Assembly (NCBI GenBank): GCA_963830935.1
Contig: CAWHOC010000016.1
Location: 13,852-77,851, forward strand
DNA: 64,000 bases
Direction of reading: 5' to 3'
From: an uncultured bacterium
Lineage (GTDB): Bacteria > Patescibacteriota > Minisyncoccia > UBA6257 > 2-01-FULL-56-20
Position numbers and translations under genes: made by a program
The notes under the pieces: model-generated
Database searches by the model: none
What the model was told of the DNA's origin: nothing
What the model saw: the letters and a program-made list of their open reading frames with translations, nothing else
Part shown: in pieces, positions 50,089-63,008 of the stretch
Numbering within the stretch: position 1 is the first letter of the stretch
Layout: the number at the start of each line of letters is the position of its first letter

Positions 50089-50772
50089 ATGACAATTGCA
50101 ATCATCGTGTTCGAATTTGTCGTCCTGCTCTTTTCCGCGGTACTGCACGAGGTGGCACACGGGTATGAGGCGGAGCGGTTGGGGGATGACACCGCGCGGC
50201 GCGCGGGACGGTTGACGCTGAACCCGCTCGCGCATCTGGACCCGTTCCTTTCATTCCTCATGCCTGCAGTGCTTTTCCTCACCACCGGATTTTTCTTCGC
50301 GGGCGCGAAGCCGGTGCCATACAATCCGAACAACCTCAAGAACCCGCGCACGGGCGCGGTGAAGGTCGCGCTCGCCGGTCCCGCCACGAATCTTTTGATC
50401 GCGCTCGTGTTCGGCGTGATCTCCGTGCTCCTGCCGGTGGCGGGCGCCACGAAGGACGCGCTCTTTAACGCCATCGCGGGCGGTGCCACGCCCGTCTTCG
50501 CGGGCTCGCTCGACGGCGCGTATTTTTTCTTTTTGATCATTGTCTATATCAATGTCCTGCTCGGCATCTTTAATCTTGTGCCGATCCCGCCACTCGACGG
50601 ATCAAAATTGCTCTTTCTCATCCTGCCTCCCACGCCCGCCACGTATAAGTTTATGTATTTTATGGAGCGATGGGGACTGATCCTGGTCCTTATTTTTGTG
50701 TTTTTTGGGTTTCAGTTCATTTTCCCAGTTATCAACTTTTTCTTCGCGCTGTTTACGGGGAGAGTGATATAA
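50089..50772 (+). CDS. site-2 protease-family (peptidase M50) membrane metalloprotease
   Basis: HEVAHG (HExxH) and NLVPIPPLDGS. The longer ORF starting at 49861 is rejected because it runs over tRNA-Arg. Confidence 0.65.
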   Translation: MTIAIIVFEFVVLLFSAVLHEVAHGYEAERLGDDTARRAGRLTLNPLAHLDPFLSFLMPAVLFLTTGFFFAGAKPVPYNPNNLKNPRTGAVKVALAGPATNLLIALVFGVISVLLPVAGATKDALFNAIAGGATPVFAGSLDGAYFFFLIIVYINVLLGIFNLVPIPPLDGSKLLFLILPPTPATYKFMYFMERWGLILVLIFVFFGFQFIFPVINFFFALFTGRVI

Positions 50773-50785
50773 TACGAGGGAAAGC

Positions 50786-51394
50786 ATGAAAAAAGGGTTT
50801 ACCCTGATAGAACTATTAGTGGTCATCGCGATCATCGCCATTTTGGCCGTGGTGGTTGTCCTTACGCTGAATCCCGCAGAGCTTTTGCGTCAGGCGAGGG
50901 ATTCCAACCGCATCTCCGACTTCGCGACGCTGAAGAGCGCGCTCGGATTGTACTCGGAGGACGTGAACACGACAACGCCGATGTATGGGAACACGACCAC
51001 GATCTACCTCTACGGCACCTCGGGCATGACGACCACGACTACAAGTTCGTACGAAGGTACCGCCTCCACGTCATACGGGTTCACTGCCACGACGTCCGTT
51101 ATCAATTACGCGCTCGTCTCTTCGAGCACGAGCAGGGTGGTCACTGGTGCCGGTTGGATCCCGATTAACTTCAGCGCCATCAGCTCAGGAGCCCCGATCA
51201 GCGCATTGCCGGTGGACCCGACCAATTCCAAAAGCAACATCTATCTGTATGCGGCAACATCAACAGCCTACAAGCTCGCCACAAAGATGGAGAGTGCCAA
51301 ATACGGATACAGCGGCACGGGTCAGGATGTTGTTTCAACCGACGGCGGAAACAACACCAACACGTACGAACAGGGTTCGAACATGGCGCTATAA
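50786..51394 (+). CDS. type IV pilin-like protein (prepilin N-terminal methylation motif), Thr/Ser-rich
   Basis: MKKGFTLIELLVVIAIIAILAVVVVLTLNP; paralog of 281-1582. Confidence 0.7.
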   Translation: MKKGFTLIELLVVIAIIAILAVVVVLTLNPAELLRQARDSNRISDFATLKSALGLYSEDVNTTTPMYGNTTTIYLYGTSGMTTTTTSSYEGTASTSYGFTATTSVINYALVSSSTSRVVTGAGWIPINFSAISSGAPISALPVDPTNSKSNIYLYAATSTAYKLATKMESAKYGYSGTGQDVVSTDGGNNTNTYEQGSNMAL

Positions 51395-51406
51395 AAACAG
51401 GCACGC

Positions 51407-51433
51407 TCGCCTCCAGGCAGATGACCGTTCGGC
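51407..51433. repeat. family A copy 4, inside a terminator-like hairpin immediately 3' of tRNA-Ala
   Basis: cgcctccaggcagatgaccgttcggcg flanked by caggcacgc ... gcgtgcgtttttgttt. Confidence 0.6.
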
Positions 51434-51451
51434 GTGCGTTTTTGTTTGTGG

Positions 51452-51522
51452 TGGACCCGAGGGGAATCGAACCCCTATCTATCGGATGCAAACCGATTGC
51501 TCTACCACTAAGCTACGGGCCC
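51452..51522 (-). tRNA. tRNA-Ala (UGC)
   Basis: Hand-folded: gggcccgTAgcttagtggtagagc, anticodon stem atcgg/ccgat with loop tTTGCat, T-arm agggg-ttcgatt-cccct. Confidence 0.7.
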
Positions 51523-51706
51523 GAATGAATATGCCAGCATATTCATTTCTGAGCGAGGGACAGGGCTTTCGGCGGCAAATATCTCTATAGTTATAACGTG
51601 CGCCGGGAAAAATGAAAAGTGCATAGCGTCTGTCTGCTCAAACGATTTATTAAAAAATCATGAAAAAGTTTTTGACTTTATTTTTTTGGCGCCATAAAAT
51701 TAGTGC

Positions 51707-51970
51707 ATGAATATAGACAAATTGGCAATCGCAATTCAAAAAGATTTCGATAAGGTTCATGTCGAGATGGGGGAAATGAAGACCACGATGAGTGGGATGG
51801 CTACCAAGAACGAGTTAACGCTCTTCAAAAATGAGATCCTGGCGGCAATCGCTAAAATGGATACACGCCTTTCCGCATATATGGCTCGCACCAACGAGGA
51901 TGTTTCAAAATTGCAGGGATCAGACAAGAATTACGATGTTCGCCTCCGGGTTTTGGAGAAGCGGGCATAG
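51707..51970 (+). CDS. small hypothetical (coiled-coil) protein upstream of rpsL
   Basis: ORF only. Confidence 0.3.
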   Translation: MNIDKLAIAIQKDFDKVHVEMGEMKTTMSGMATKNELTLFKNEILAAIAKMDTRLSAYMARTNEDVSKLQGSDKNYDVRLRVLEKRA

Positions 51971-51989
51971 TGCCTGCGGAAGCGTTTAT

Positions 51990-52018
51990 TTGACATACCG
52001 CGCGGCCTCGCTTACAAT
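51990..52018 (+). promoter_or_regulatory. consensus sigma-70 promoter TTGACA-17-TACAAT for rpsL-rpsG
   Basis: ttgaca at 51990-51995 and tacaat at 52013-52018 with 17-nt spacing, ~15 nt before the rpsL ATG. Confidence 0.6.
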
Positions 52019-52033
52019 TCTTTGGTATTCGTT

Positions 52034-52450
52034 ATGCCTACCATCCGTCAACTCATCAAAAAGGGCCGAAAGCCGCTCGCCACGAAGACGAAAGCGCCGG
52101 CTTTGGCATACTATTTCAATTCCATCCATAACCGGCCGGTGGATTCCACGTCGCCGTTCAAGCGCGGCGTGTGCGTGAAGGTGTTCACCCAGACGCCGAA
52201 GAAACCGAACTCCGCTATCCGCAAGGTGGCGCGCGTGCGGCTGACGAACGGCATGGAGATCACGGCGTACATCCCGGGCATCGGCCACGCGCTCCAGGAG
52301 CACTCGATCGTGATGGTGCGCGGCGGCCGCGTGAAGGATCTTCCGGGCGTCCGCTATCACGTCGTGCGCGGCGTGCTGGACACGACCGGCGTCGAGAACC
52401 GCAAACAGCAGCGCTCAAAGTATGGCGCCAAGCGCCCGAAAGCAAAATAA
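52034..52450 (+). CDS. rpsL: ribosomal protein uS12
   Basis: [13 protein letters not shown]...PKKPNSA(I)RKV...VRGG(R)[10 protein letters not shown], with a short insertion [17 protein letters not shown]. Confidence 0.9.
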   Translation: MPTIRQLIKKGRKPLATKTKAPALAYYFNSIHNRPVDSTSPFKRGVCVKVFTQTPKKPNSAIRKVARVRLTNGMEITAYIPGIGHALQEHSIVMVRGGRVKDLPGVRYHVVRGVLDTTGVENRKQQRSKYGAKRPKAK

Positions 52451-52456
52451 AATCCC

Positions 52457-52924
52457 ATGCGCAAAAAGCGAATATATAAAAAGTTCCATCAGCCCGACGT
52501 CGTCTTCGGCCGCGTTGAGCTGGGCCGCTTCATCAATTACGTGATGAAAGACGGAAAGAAATCCACCGCCGAAAAACTGGTGTATGGCGCGTTCGATAAA
52601 GTGAAGGAGTCCACGAAAGAGGATCCGATGGTGGTCTTCGAGCGCGCGCTCGAGAACGTGATGCCGCTTCTGGAGGTCGCGTCCAAGCGCGTCGGCGGTG
52701 CGAACTATCAGGTGCCGCGCGAGGTGCGCCCCGAGCGCCGCTTCGTGCTCGCGCTCCGCTGGATCATCGGCGCCGCCCGCGCCAAGAAGGGCAAGGGCAT
52801 GGCCGACAAGCTGGCGGAAGAGATCATCGCCGCGTCAAAGAACGAAGGCAGTGCCATCAAGAAGAAGCTGGACATGCACCGCATGGCGGAAGCAAACCGC
52901 GCCTTCGCGCACTTTGCACGGTAG
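52457..52924 (+). CDS. rpsG: ribosomal protein uS7
   Basis: ...[14 protein letters not shown]...ANYQVP(R)EVRPERR pattern. Confidence 0.9.
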   Translation: MRKKRIYKKFHQPDVVFGRVELGRFINYVMKDGKKSTAEKLVYGAFDKVKESTKEDPMVVFERALENVMPLLEVASKRVGGANYQVPREVRPERRFVLALRWIIGAARAKKGKGMADKLAEEIIAASKNEGSAIKKKLDMHRMAEANRAFAHFAR

Positions 52925-53019
52925 GATTGTTTCCGATCGCAACAATAGGAAAAATGGCCCGGCGTCGGGCTATTTTTAATTTAAGATAGTTTTAATCGTC
53001 GGTTTGTTACGGTTGCTGG

Positions 53020-53442
53020 ATGCAAGATCCGGCATTCCCATCTGAGGGCGAAAAAATAAAAAAAGAAGCACGTGAGATTTACAACAAGATTGAGTATGTT
53101 TGGTCATCTGCGTTGGGCGATCGCGTCTTTTTCAATAGTACCGGATTTCGGCACCTCGTTTGGAAGGGGAAAGAATATCGATCGTCTTACCAACAGCACA
53201 AACGTTTAGCGCTGTTGCCATTTGCGCCCAATATAATCGCCAACGCGAAAATTCCTAACAGTCGGCGAATTGAGGTGAAATATATAAAAATAAAATGGCG
53301 TCACGAAAAGAAGGCCGCCTTATCCAACGTAACTTATTGGGCGTTCAAAGGCGAAGCAGACGGAAAGCCAGTGCGTGTTATTGTAAGGCAGATAGGCAAC
53401 GGACATAAGCATTTTTTCAGCATATTTCAGGATCATAAATAA
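53020..53442 (+). CDS. low-GC hypothetical protein inserted between rpsG and fusA
   Basis: Intact 140-aa ORF, GC ~38%, followed by the terminator gactcc-gtca-ggagtc plus a T-run at ~53445-53475. Confidence 0.5.
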   Translation: MQDPAFPSEGEKIKKEAREIYNKIEYVWSSALGDRVFFNSTGFRHLVWKGKEYRSSYQQHKRLALLPFAPNIIANAKIPNSRRIEVKYIKIKWRHEKKAALSNVTYWAFKGEADGKPVRVIVRQIGNGHKHFFSIFQDHK

Positions 53443-53675
53443 AAAACGACTCCGTCAGGAGTTGTTTTTTATTATGCCCGTACCAGCTATAACACCGGTA
53501 AGGGGCTACCGCCCCTGCGGGCATGGTTCAATAATAAGGTATCGCTAACTTTAGTCAAATAACTTTTAATGATATTTTAACAACTTCCATCAAGCTCCAT
53601 ATTTGCGCCCGCACCGCCATTATGCTATTCTAATCAACGTCGCTTAGGCGATTTTTGTATTAACCAGCTCTATTT

Positions 53676-55772
<2,097 letters not shown>

Positions 55773-55777
<5 letters not shown>

Positions 55778-55901
55778 GAAGCGCTAAAACAGCACAGGGC
55801 ACATGCTTTTGAAAGGACGGCGTTCCGGTCTGCTGACCGGCCGCCTTGGCTCTCGCCGCCTTCGCGGCTCCGAGACACCTTTCAAAAGCATGTGCCTTGT
55901 G
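55773..55901. repeat. family B copy 3: 34-bp near-perfect terminal inverted repeats (one G-U position) enclosing a 61-nt core; overlaps the fusA stop codon
   Basis: gctaaaacagcacagggcacatgcttttgaaagg ... cctttcaaaagcatgtgccttgtgctgttttagc; the loop contains ggctctcgccgccttcgcggctccgagac. Confidence 0.7.
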
Positions 55902-56020
55902 CTGTTTTAGCGACCCGTTCCAGAATTATCTAGGCAACATTGTCCTTATCCCGGAATGATTAAGAAAAGATTAAAAGAGACTTGGAGTATGGGTAAATTA
56001 GATATATGATTTAGTGACAA

Positions 56021-57514
56021 ATGGGAAAAACAACATCTATAACTGGACAGTTGAATACGAAAATCGACGAAAAAAGGAAGAAGGTTTCTAGGGAAACTTT
56101 ACTTAACGACCCAGCTTTATTAGATGCCCAAGTTGCTATCAAGCTTCTTGAAAAAAAATACGAGAAGAAGCTTGAGAAAAATTATGAACTCAGCAGATCT
56201 CTTGTTAGTTTTCAAGCTAATAAAACTGAGCCAGGATATCGATGGTTTAAATTTAAAGAAGGATATTCTTCGTCTCTCGTAAAATATACACTTAAAAAAC
56301 TTGGCATTAATCCAAAGAAATCGATTGATCCCTTCGCTGGTAGCGGAACGACATTATTTGTCACTGCTGAATTAGGCGCTGAAGGAACAGGTATCGAGCT
56401 TTTACCAATAAGCTCAGAAATTATAGCGGTTAGAAAATATTTATCTAGTAATAAAAAACATAAAGCTTTAAAGATTATTGATGAATGGTTAGAAAAAAAA
56501 CCTTGGGAAAAACATAAGCATAAAATAACTCTTAATCAGTTAAGAATTACCAGTGGGGCTTTTCCGGATTCTAATAAAGACCTTTTGGAGCGTTATATGG
56601 CGCTTCTTAATTCGGTTGGCGATCCTGAAGTAAAACGAGTTTTAAGATTTGCCCTCCTCTGTATTTTGGAAGAAATTAGCTATACCCGAAAAGATGGACA
56701 GTATTTGAGGTGGGATAAAAGATCTGGCAGAAAGCAGGGAGCACAACCTTTTGATAAGGGAGAAATTAAAAACTTTAGTCAGGCCGTGGTTACAAAATTA
56801 GCCACAATTAAAAATGATTTAATGGGAGATACTTTAAGTAATAATCTTTTTCCTATTAGACTTGCAAAAGCCAATACATCAAACGTTAATGTTTTGGATG
56901 GTTCATGTTTAGAGATTCTTCCGAAACTCCAATCTAATTCGCATGATTTTTTAATGACCTCGCCACCTTATTGTAATCGTTACGATTATACGAGGACGTA
57001 TGCTCTTGAATTAGCCCTTTTAGGGATAGACGAAGCAGGGATTCGCGATTTAAGACAAAAAATGCTTTCAGCTACTGTTGAAAATCGAGATAAGCCAGAA
57101 TTAAATCTCCTTTTCCCTAAGACATTTAAAAGCGCGACGAAAGCATTTGATCAACAAATAGCTTTACAGAAGATTCTTTACTACCTAGATGTATTAAGGC
57201 AAAAGAAAGAATTAAATAACCCTGGCATTTTTCGAATGGTAAAAAATTACTTTTTTGAAATGTCTTTAGTAATATTTGAATCTGCTCGTATTCTAAAGAA
57301 AGGATCGTATTTTATTATGGTAAATGATAACGTACGATATGCCGGAATAAATATTCCAGTAGATCTTATATTATCTGATTTTGCAGAAAAAGCAGGCTTC
57401 GGAGTAAAAAAAATATGGGTTTTACCTAGGGGCAAGGGGAATAGCAGCCAACAAATGGGAAGTTATGGACGAGAAGAAATGAGAAAGTGTGTCTATATTT
57501 GGCAAAAGTTATAA
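56021..57514 (+). CDS. DNA amino-methyltransferase (N6-A or N4-C), low GC, intact
   Basis: Motif I DPFAGSGTT and motif IV TSPPY; GC ~33%. Confidence 0.65.
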   Translation: MGKTTSITGQLNTKIDEKRKKVSRETLLNDPALLDAQVAIKLLEKKYEKKLEKNYELSRSLVSFQANKTEPGYRWFKFKEGYSSSLVKYTLKKLGINPKKSIDPFAGSGTTLFVTAELGAEGTGIELLPISSEIIAVRKYLSSNKKHKALKIIDEWLEKKPWEKHKHKITLNQLRITSGAFPDSNKDLLERYMALLNSVGDPEVKRVLRFALLCILEEISYTRKDGQYLRWDKRSGRKQGAQPFDKGEIKNFSQAVVTKLATIKNDLMGDTLSNNLFPIRLAKANTSNVNVLDGSCLEILPKLQSNSHDFLMTSPPYCNRYDYTRTYALELALLGIDEAGIRDLRQKMLSATVENRDKPELNLLFPKTFKSATKAFDQQIALQKILYYLDVLRQKKELNNPGIFRMVKNYFFEMSLVIFESARILKKGSYFIMVNDNVRYAGINIPVDLILSDFAEKAGFGVKKIWVLPRGKGNSSQQMGSYGREEMRKCVYIWQKL

Positions 57515-58390
57515 ACCAACTAACCATTGAGCCAAATCCTCAACCTGTTCTTTGGTCCCTAAATTCGCGGCGAATGCTAAATTACTATTTTTCAGATCAG
57601 CATAAATTTCTTTCGCCATTTCTATTTCTATTGCAGCTCCCACGAAAAATAGAGAGGGTTTATTGAAACCTTTTCGAATACGTGCAAGTGCTCCACTCGC
57701 CGTCTTTCAATGTTCATCAGCTCCAGCGGGATCTATCCCACCTTTAAGCTCCCCGAAAGCAAGATAATTTTTAGGATCAGCAAACGCTTCTTTAGTCGAA
57801 TGTTTCGAAGTATCTAAAAGAATAACATCAATGTTCTTTTTAATAAGTTTAAGCTTATAATCAAAAACCAAATGTCGTTTTGGCCAGCTTATGCTAGTTA
57901 TCTTACCCGACTTTTTTCTAAAAATCTCAGGAGATATTTTCTTTAAAGCTAAGGCCGCTATAAGTGAGTCAGTTAATTTTAAAGCGGCAGAAGCACCTAT
58001 AAAATTTCTCATAGATCCTCCTAGGGTATCTCCCTTAGTTAAAAGATAGCGATGCACTAATTGCTCTCTAGCAGTGATTACACCGCTTTTAAAAATCTTT
58101 CTTAGGACGACTTTAAGTGAATCTTCGATATCTTTTTCCTTTAAGTGACTTGATGCCTTATCCGAAAAACCTGCCGCGGCTAAAACCTCTTTTTGGAAGG
58201 ACTTTAACTTGGACAATTGGTTAATATTATTAACTTTTTCAAGGGCGGTTCTAAATTCAACAGCCCTTACCAAATAAGGTGTTGATTTATCTGTTTTTGT
58301 AAGGGCTTGGAAAAGAAATCCGGCCTTTATGGCTTCAGGCGAAGTCACTAAATCTTGATATCCCTTAATATGCTTAGGTTTCATGGCCAA
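57512..58390 (-). CDS. probable type II restriction endonuclease (partner of the adjacent m5C MTase); one frame break ~57706; its stop abuts the MTase stop (ttaTAA)
   Basis: Position between the two MTases; ELKGGIDPAGADEH segment; low GC; the C-terminal ~65 aa continue in another frame. Confidence 0.35.
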
Positions 58391-58555
58391 GAGGAGTCGA
58401 TATTACTTAATAAATTCAACAACTGTATCAAAATTTAATCATTTTTTAATGAATTGTGCAAATTTTTCAACCAGAGTATATTTAAATAGGATTTAATATA
58501 TGGACACCTTAATTTCGCAAAGAGCAGTCCTACAAATATCTCGCAAATATTATCA

Positions 58556-59793
58556 ATGGCGCCTCAACCCAAGGCTCTTGACCTTTTTGCCGGGACGGGA
58601 GGATTCTCAGAAGGGTTCATTCGTGCAGGTTATGAAATGGTTGGACATGTGGAAATGGACCAAAAAGCTTGCGAAACTCTTAAGACACGAATGGTTTATC
58701 ATGCATTAATAAAAAAAGGGGAAATAGGAGAGTATATAAAATACATACTTGGACAAACAACCTTAGATGAATTGATCCAAAAATATGGTCTTCAAAAGGA
58801 GAGAGAATTCAGTTATGTGTAATAAAATTGATAAACATAGCTATCCGGAAATTATAAAAAATATAAAAAATCGTCTAAATGGACAAAAAATAGATATTAT
58901 TATAGGTGGACCGCCATGCCAAGCATATTCTTATATTGGTCGTGCACGCGATAAAAACAATATGAAATGGGATCATCGTAAGTTTTTGTATAGATATTAC
59001 GTCGAATTTTTAAAAGAATTTAAACCAAAAATATTTGTTTTCGAAAATGTTCCCGGCTTGGTAAGTTCTGGAAGTGGAATTTATCTTAAGCAAATGCGAA
59101 AGTTAATGAAGGAGGCGGGGTATGAGACTAAATATGAAATCCTAGATGCGGCGAATTTTGGAGTACCGCAACATCGCAAGAGGGTGATACTTGTAGGTTG
59201 GAATAAAAAATCAACATTAAAGGATTATCCGAACTTCTCAGAAATTGATCGCGATTACATTGTTAAGGATTTCCTTTTTGAATTACCTAAAATTTCTTCC
59301 GGAAAGGGCCAACAGATTAAAAAGTTTTTAAGTAAGAATGTTCTTTTGGAGAATTTGGGTATTGTAAATCCCGAATTCAGTTTTTTAATGAACCACATAG
59401 CACGCCCAAATATATCGAGAGATCTCGAAATTTATAGAAGGGCGGTGGTTTCAAAAAAAGAAGGAGAGAATATAAAATATAATACTTTACCTCAAAAATT
59501 AAAAACTCATAAAAATGAGACTAGCTTTCTCGATAGATTTAAAGTTGTCGACTTCAAGGCTAAGGGTTCGCACACCGTTGTTGCTCATATAGCAAAAGAT
59601 GGACATTTTTACATTCATCCCGATATAAAACAAAATAGATCCTTAACTGTTCGTGAAGACGGCCCGATTACAGACCTTTCCGGATGACTATAAATTTGAA
59701 GGAGAGAGAACCGCTCAATTTAAACAGATTTGGAAATGCTGTCCCACCAATGTTATCTTTCGTCATCGCAAAAGAATTAAGAAGCTACCTATA
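58556..59793 (+). CDS. dcm: DNA (cytosine-5)-methyltransferase; three frame breaks (~58800, ~59655, ~59737)
   Basis: Motif I LDLFAGTGG, IV GGPPCQAYS, VI ENV, VIII QHRKRV, IX LTVRE..ARLQTFPDDY, X QIGNAVPP (the last two in shifted frames). Confidence 0.7.
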
Positions 59794-59801
59794 ATCTCCA
59801 T

Positions 59802-61188
59802 GGATGGAAAAGAAGAAAAATTTAAGCTTAGACCAAGAGCTAGAATCGTAAAGACTTTCGGAGAAGAACTAATCAGTAATGATTATGTAGCAATTATCGA
59901 GTTAATTAAAAACTCCTATGATGCTGATGCAAAATTGGTCGAAGTAATATTCGAAAATCCACTTAGTGAAGAATCGGGGAAAATAATTATTCGTGATAAT
60001 GGAATCGGAATGTCTCCGGAAGATGTTAAGGGTGGATGGATGGAGCCAGCTTCTATAATGAAGCTGGCAAAAAAGGAAGAGTAAATCGAGGCACATCTTC
60101 TGGGCGAGAAAGGTATTGGAAGATTTTCGGCAGCAAAACTTGCCTCGAATCTTACCCTTATTACACGAATAGGAGAGTTTTCCAGAGGTTGCTGCTCAAT
60201 TTCATTGGGCTGATTTTTATGATCCAGAAAAATATCTGGAATGAAATAGAGGGTGATTGGAAAACTAACGAAATAGGAGAGATTAAAGAATCTGGAACGA
60301 TTTTAATCTTGGAAAAATTAAATTCCAAATGAAATAGAATCTTCGCTTTAAAGAATTAAAGACTTATCTCTCACGTCTTTGGTAAATCCACTTAGGCCCA
60401 CAAAAGATTTTCAGATAATTTTAAATCTTCCAGATGAGTTTAAGGATTATATAGGAGTTGTAGGTCCTCCGGATTCGCTTCAAAAGCCAGATTATGTTAT
60501 TCGAGGAAGTTTGAATAAGGAGGCCATATTAACCGCGGAATATCAAAGTAAGAGGCATATAGAGAAACGCATCATGTACGACGATGTTCTCAGGTTGGAT
60601 TCTGGGAATCTACCATTATGCGGTCCAATTTCTTTTGAGTTTCGTATTTGGGATAGGGACAATCTCAAAGATTTAGCAATAGAATTAGGTACTGGAATCA
60701 GCGATATAAGAAAAGATTTAAATGAAATTGCTGGAATTAGCATATTTCGGGACGGTTTTCGTATTTCTCCTTATTCTTGGACCTCGATAATGATTGGCTT
60801 CGCCTTGATATAAGAAAGAAGGGTGCAGAACCCTACTTTGAGAATGAGTAATAATCAAATTGTGGGAGATGTCCTGATTACTAGAGCTGATAATTCAGAA
60901 CTAAAAGATCAAACCAATCGCGAAGGAATTGTTGAGTCTGATGCATTTAGCGATCTTAGAGAGGTGGTTGATTTTATTTTAGATCTCGTAGAAGATGCAA
61001 GATATAAAGAGAGACGAGAATTAGATACTAATCCAGATCGTAAATATAGACTTTTTCGTGATATAGATCTTGCTTCTGTCCGAGCCGTTATACAAAAAAA
61101 ATTACCCGATGATAAAGAGACGGAGGCTGCTCTTTTAGAAAAGAGAAAGAAATTAAAGATAGAGTTGAAGAATTCAGAGACTTTATAG
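59802..61188 (+). pseudogene. MORC/MutL-like GHKL ATPase (HATPase_c_3-type), at least 5 frame breaks
   Basis: N-box IIELIKNSYDADA; G1 IIRDNGIGMS; G2 GEKGIGRFSAAKL in a second frame; the rest (GTILILEK..., ISIFRDGFRISPYS, DWLRLDIRKKGAEPYF...) is scattered over all three frames. Confidence 0.5.
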
Positions 61189-61861
61189 TTAGATATCGCC
61201 GCCTTTCGCACTCTTGGGTCAGTTGTAGATATTATTTTGCATGATGCGGGGGCTGCTTTATCGAGAGTTAATAATGGAACAAAGGTTATCGAAAAAGAGT
61301 TAAAAAAATAAAAGATCCTTCCGAGCCACGCATTAAAGAATGTTGCAGCTGTTTCGGTGGGTCAACAGTTACTTGGAGAGCTTTTTAAGCGCCTCGAACC
61401 ATTTGGAGGAAGGGGAAGCGACAAAAGATATTTTAGTAACGAAAGCAATTGGGGAAGTATTTAAATTTTGAGCGATCTGATAAAAAACCTTTCTATAAAA
61501 ATTATACTTTCAGAAAAAGCTGAAGAAATATTTCTGAGTCGGATTTCAAGATGATCTTTCTCAATCTTATTGATAATAGCCTTTATTGGTTAAAAAAAGT
61601 TCCTGAATCGGAAAGAATAATAGAGGTTCTTTTAAAGAAGGGTGAAAACAATTTAGAGATCATTTTTAGCGATAGCGGTCCGGGAATATCATTCGAAGAT
61701 GCGCCTTTCATTTTTGATCCTTATTACACAAAAAAACCTGGGGTATTGGTTTGGGCCTTACCATCGTTGGAGAATTTGTCGCAGAAGCTGAAGGATCTTT
61801 CGATCTTGTCAAAAGGGGCCCCTAAAAGGTGCCACTTTTAGAATAAAGTTTCCTTTAAATT
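61189..61861 (+). pseudogene. cytoplasmic histidine kinase (HisKA + HATPase_c, no sensor domain), at least 4 frame breaks
   Basis: H-box-like ILHDAGAAL; N-box NLIDNSLYW; G1 IFSDSGPGI; G2 GGIGLGL in a shifted frame; C-terminal LKGATFRIKFPL. Confidence 0.45.
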
Positions 61862-63008
61862 GACTTTGATGGAAAAGATTAAAGTCCTAATTGTCTATTA
61901 CTATATTATTATTGCTGGACAGCTTTTGCAATTATTGAATGGAGCAGAAATAGCAGATTGTAAGATTTTAGCAGAAGCTATTGGAGATTTTGATCGAGCA
62001 AAGGAACTTTTGGCTATAGGAAATTATGACGTTGTTATTTTGGACGTTTATAGAGGGGGGCCCTCAGAAGAAAATACGGATCTTGCAGGAAGAGAAGTTC
62101 TTGAAACAATTAAAACTACCGCGCCATTGGCAGTTATCTTCTATACCGGTCTCACGAGTCATGTTCAAGAATTAGCTTCTGATGTTGTAAGGGTGTTATC
62201 AAAAACAGGGGGCAATATTGAAAATGAGTTAAAACTCCTTTTAGAAACAGGAATTCCTCTAATGAGACAAAAAATTACAGGACACGTAAATGAAATCCTA
62301 AAGGATTATTATTGGGAGTTCATTGATAAAAACTCTAGCTTAATTCAAGATTCTCAAAATAAAGCTCTTTCGGAATATCTTCTCTTGAGGCGATTAGCGG
62401 CTACTCTTACAAGAGATGGAGTCCATAAAATATTTGGCGACGCCATTTCGTCTGACAAAATCCATCCTTTAGAATTTTATATTTTTCCCCCTATAGATGA
62501 GGCAGAGTTCGAAACGGGAGATATTCTTGAGAAGGATGGTGTCGGCTCCTTCCACGTGGTTTTGACCCCATCATGTGATTTTGCAAATCATAAAGCAAGT
62601 TTTATCTTATTGGTAAATGGAACTCTGCTAAAAGAAACTGACGAATATATTTCCTACGCCGCTGATAGAAGTAACGTTGCCGTGAAAGAGACTCTAAGTA
62701 GGGTCATAGGTTCTAGGCGCGGTGACCGATATTTTTTTCTTCCTCGGAGCGAACTTATGGCTATGCCTGACCTAGTTTTAGATTTTCAGAATTTAACAAA
62801 TCACCAACTTGAAGGATTTAGCGGCTATAAAAAAATTGGAAGAATAGATGATCCATTTGTGCAGGATATGCTCGCTACATTTATAAGAAATCAAAATCGT
62901 CCTGGATCTCCGGATCTGGATGTCACATATATTTTGGACTATATAAATAAAGATATAGACCCTCCAACGCAAGAAACAATTCCACAGGCACATGATAGAA
63001 AAGAATAA
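61860..63008 (+). CDS. atypical receiver domain (acidic pair replaced by Y-Y; phospho-acceptor Asp, Thr and Lys retained) fused to an uncharacterised ~250-aa C-terminal domain; intact
   Basis: KVLIVYYYIII...DVVILDV...VIFYTGLTS...VVRVLSK; I recognise no motif in the C-terminal domain. Confidence 0.45.
   Translation: MTLMEKIKVLIVYYYIIIAGQLLQLLNGAEIADCKILAEAIGDFDRAKELLAIGNYDVVILDVYRGGPSEENTDLAGREVLETIKTTAPLAVIFYTGLTSHVQELASDVVRVLSKTGGNIENELKLLLETGIPLMRQKITGHVNEILKDYYWEFIDKNSSLIQDSQNKALSEYLLLRRLAATLTRDGVHKIFGDAISSDKIHPLEFYIFPPIDEAEFETGDILEKDGVGSFHVVLTPSCDFANHKASFILLVNGTLLKETDEYISYAADRSNVAVKETLSRVIGSRRGDRYFFLPRSELMAMPDLVLDFQNLTNHQLEGFSGYKKIGRIDDPFVQDMLATFIRNQNRPGSPDLDVTYILDYINKDIDPPTQETIPQAHDRKE

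Noticed and set aside
61186-61191. Single fusion protein MORC-like ATPase + histidine kinase
   Set aside because: The TAG at 61186 is in frame with the next gene and indels are rampant, but two GHKL ATPase domains in one polypeptide is improbable; annotated as two adjacent decayed genes.
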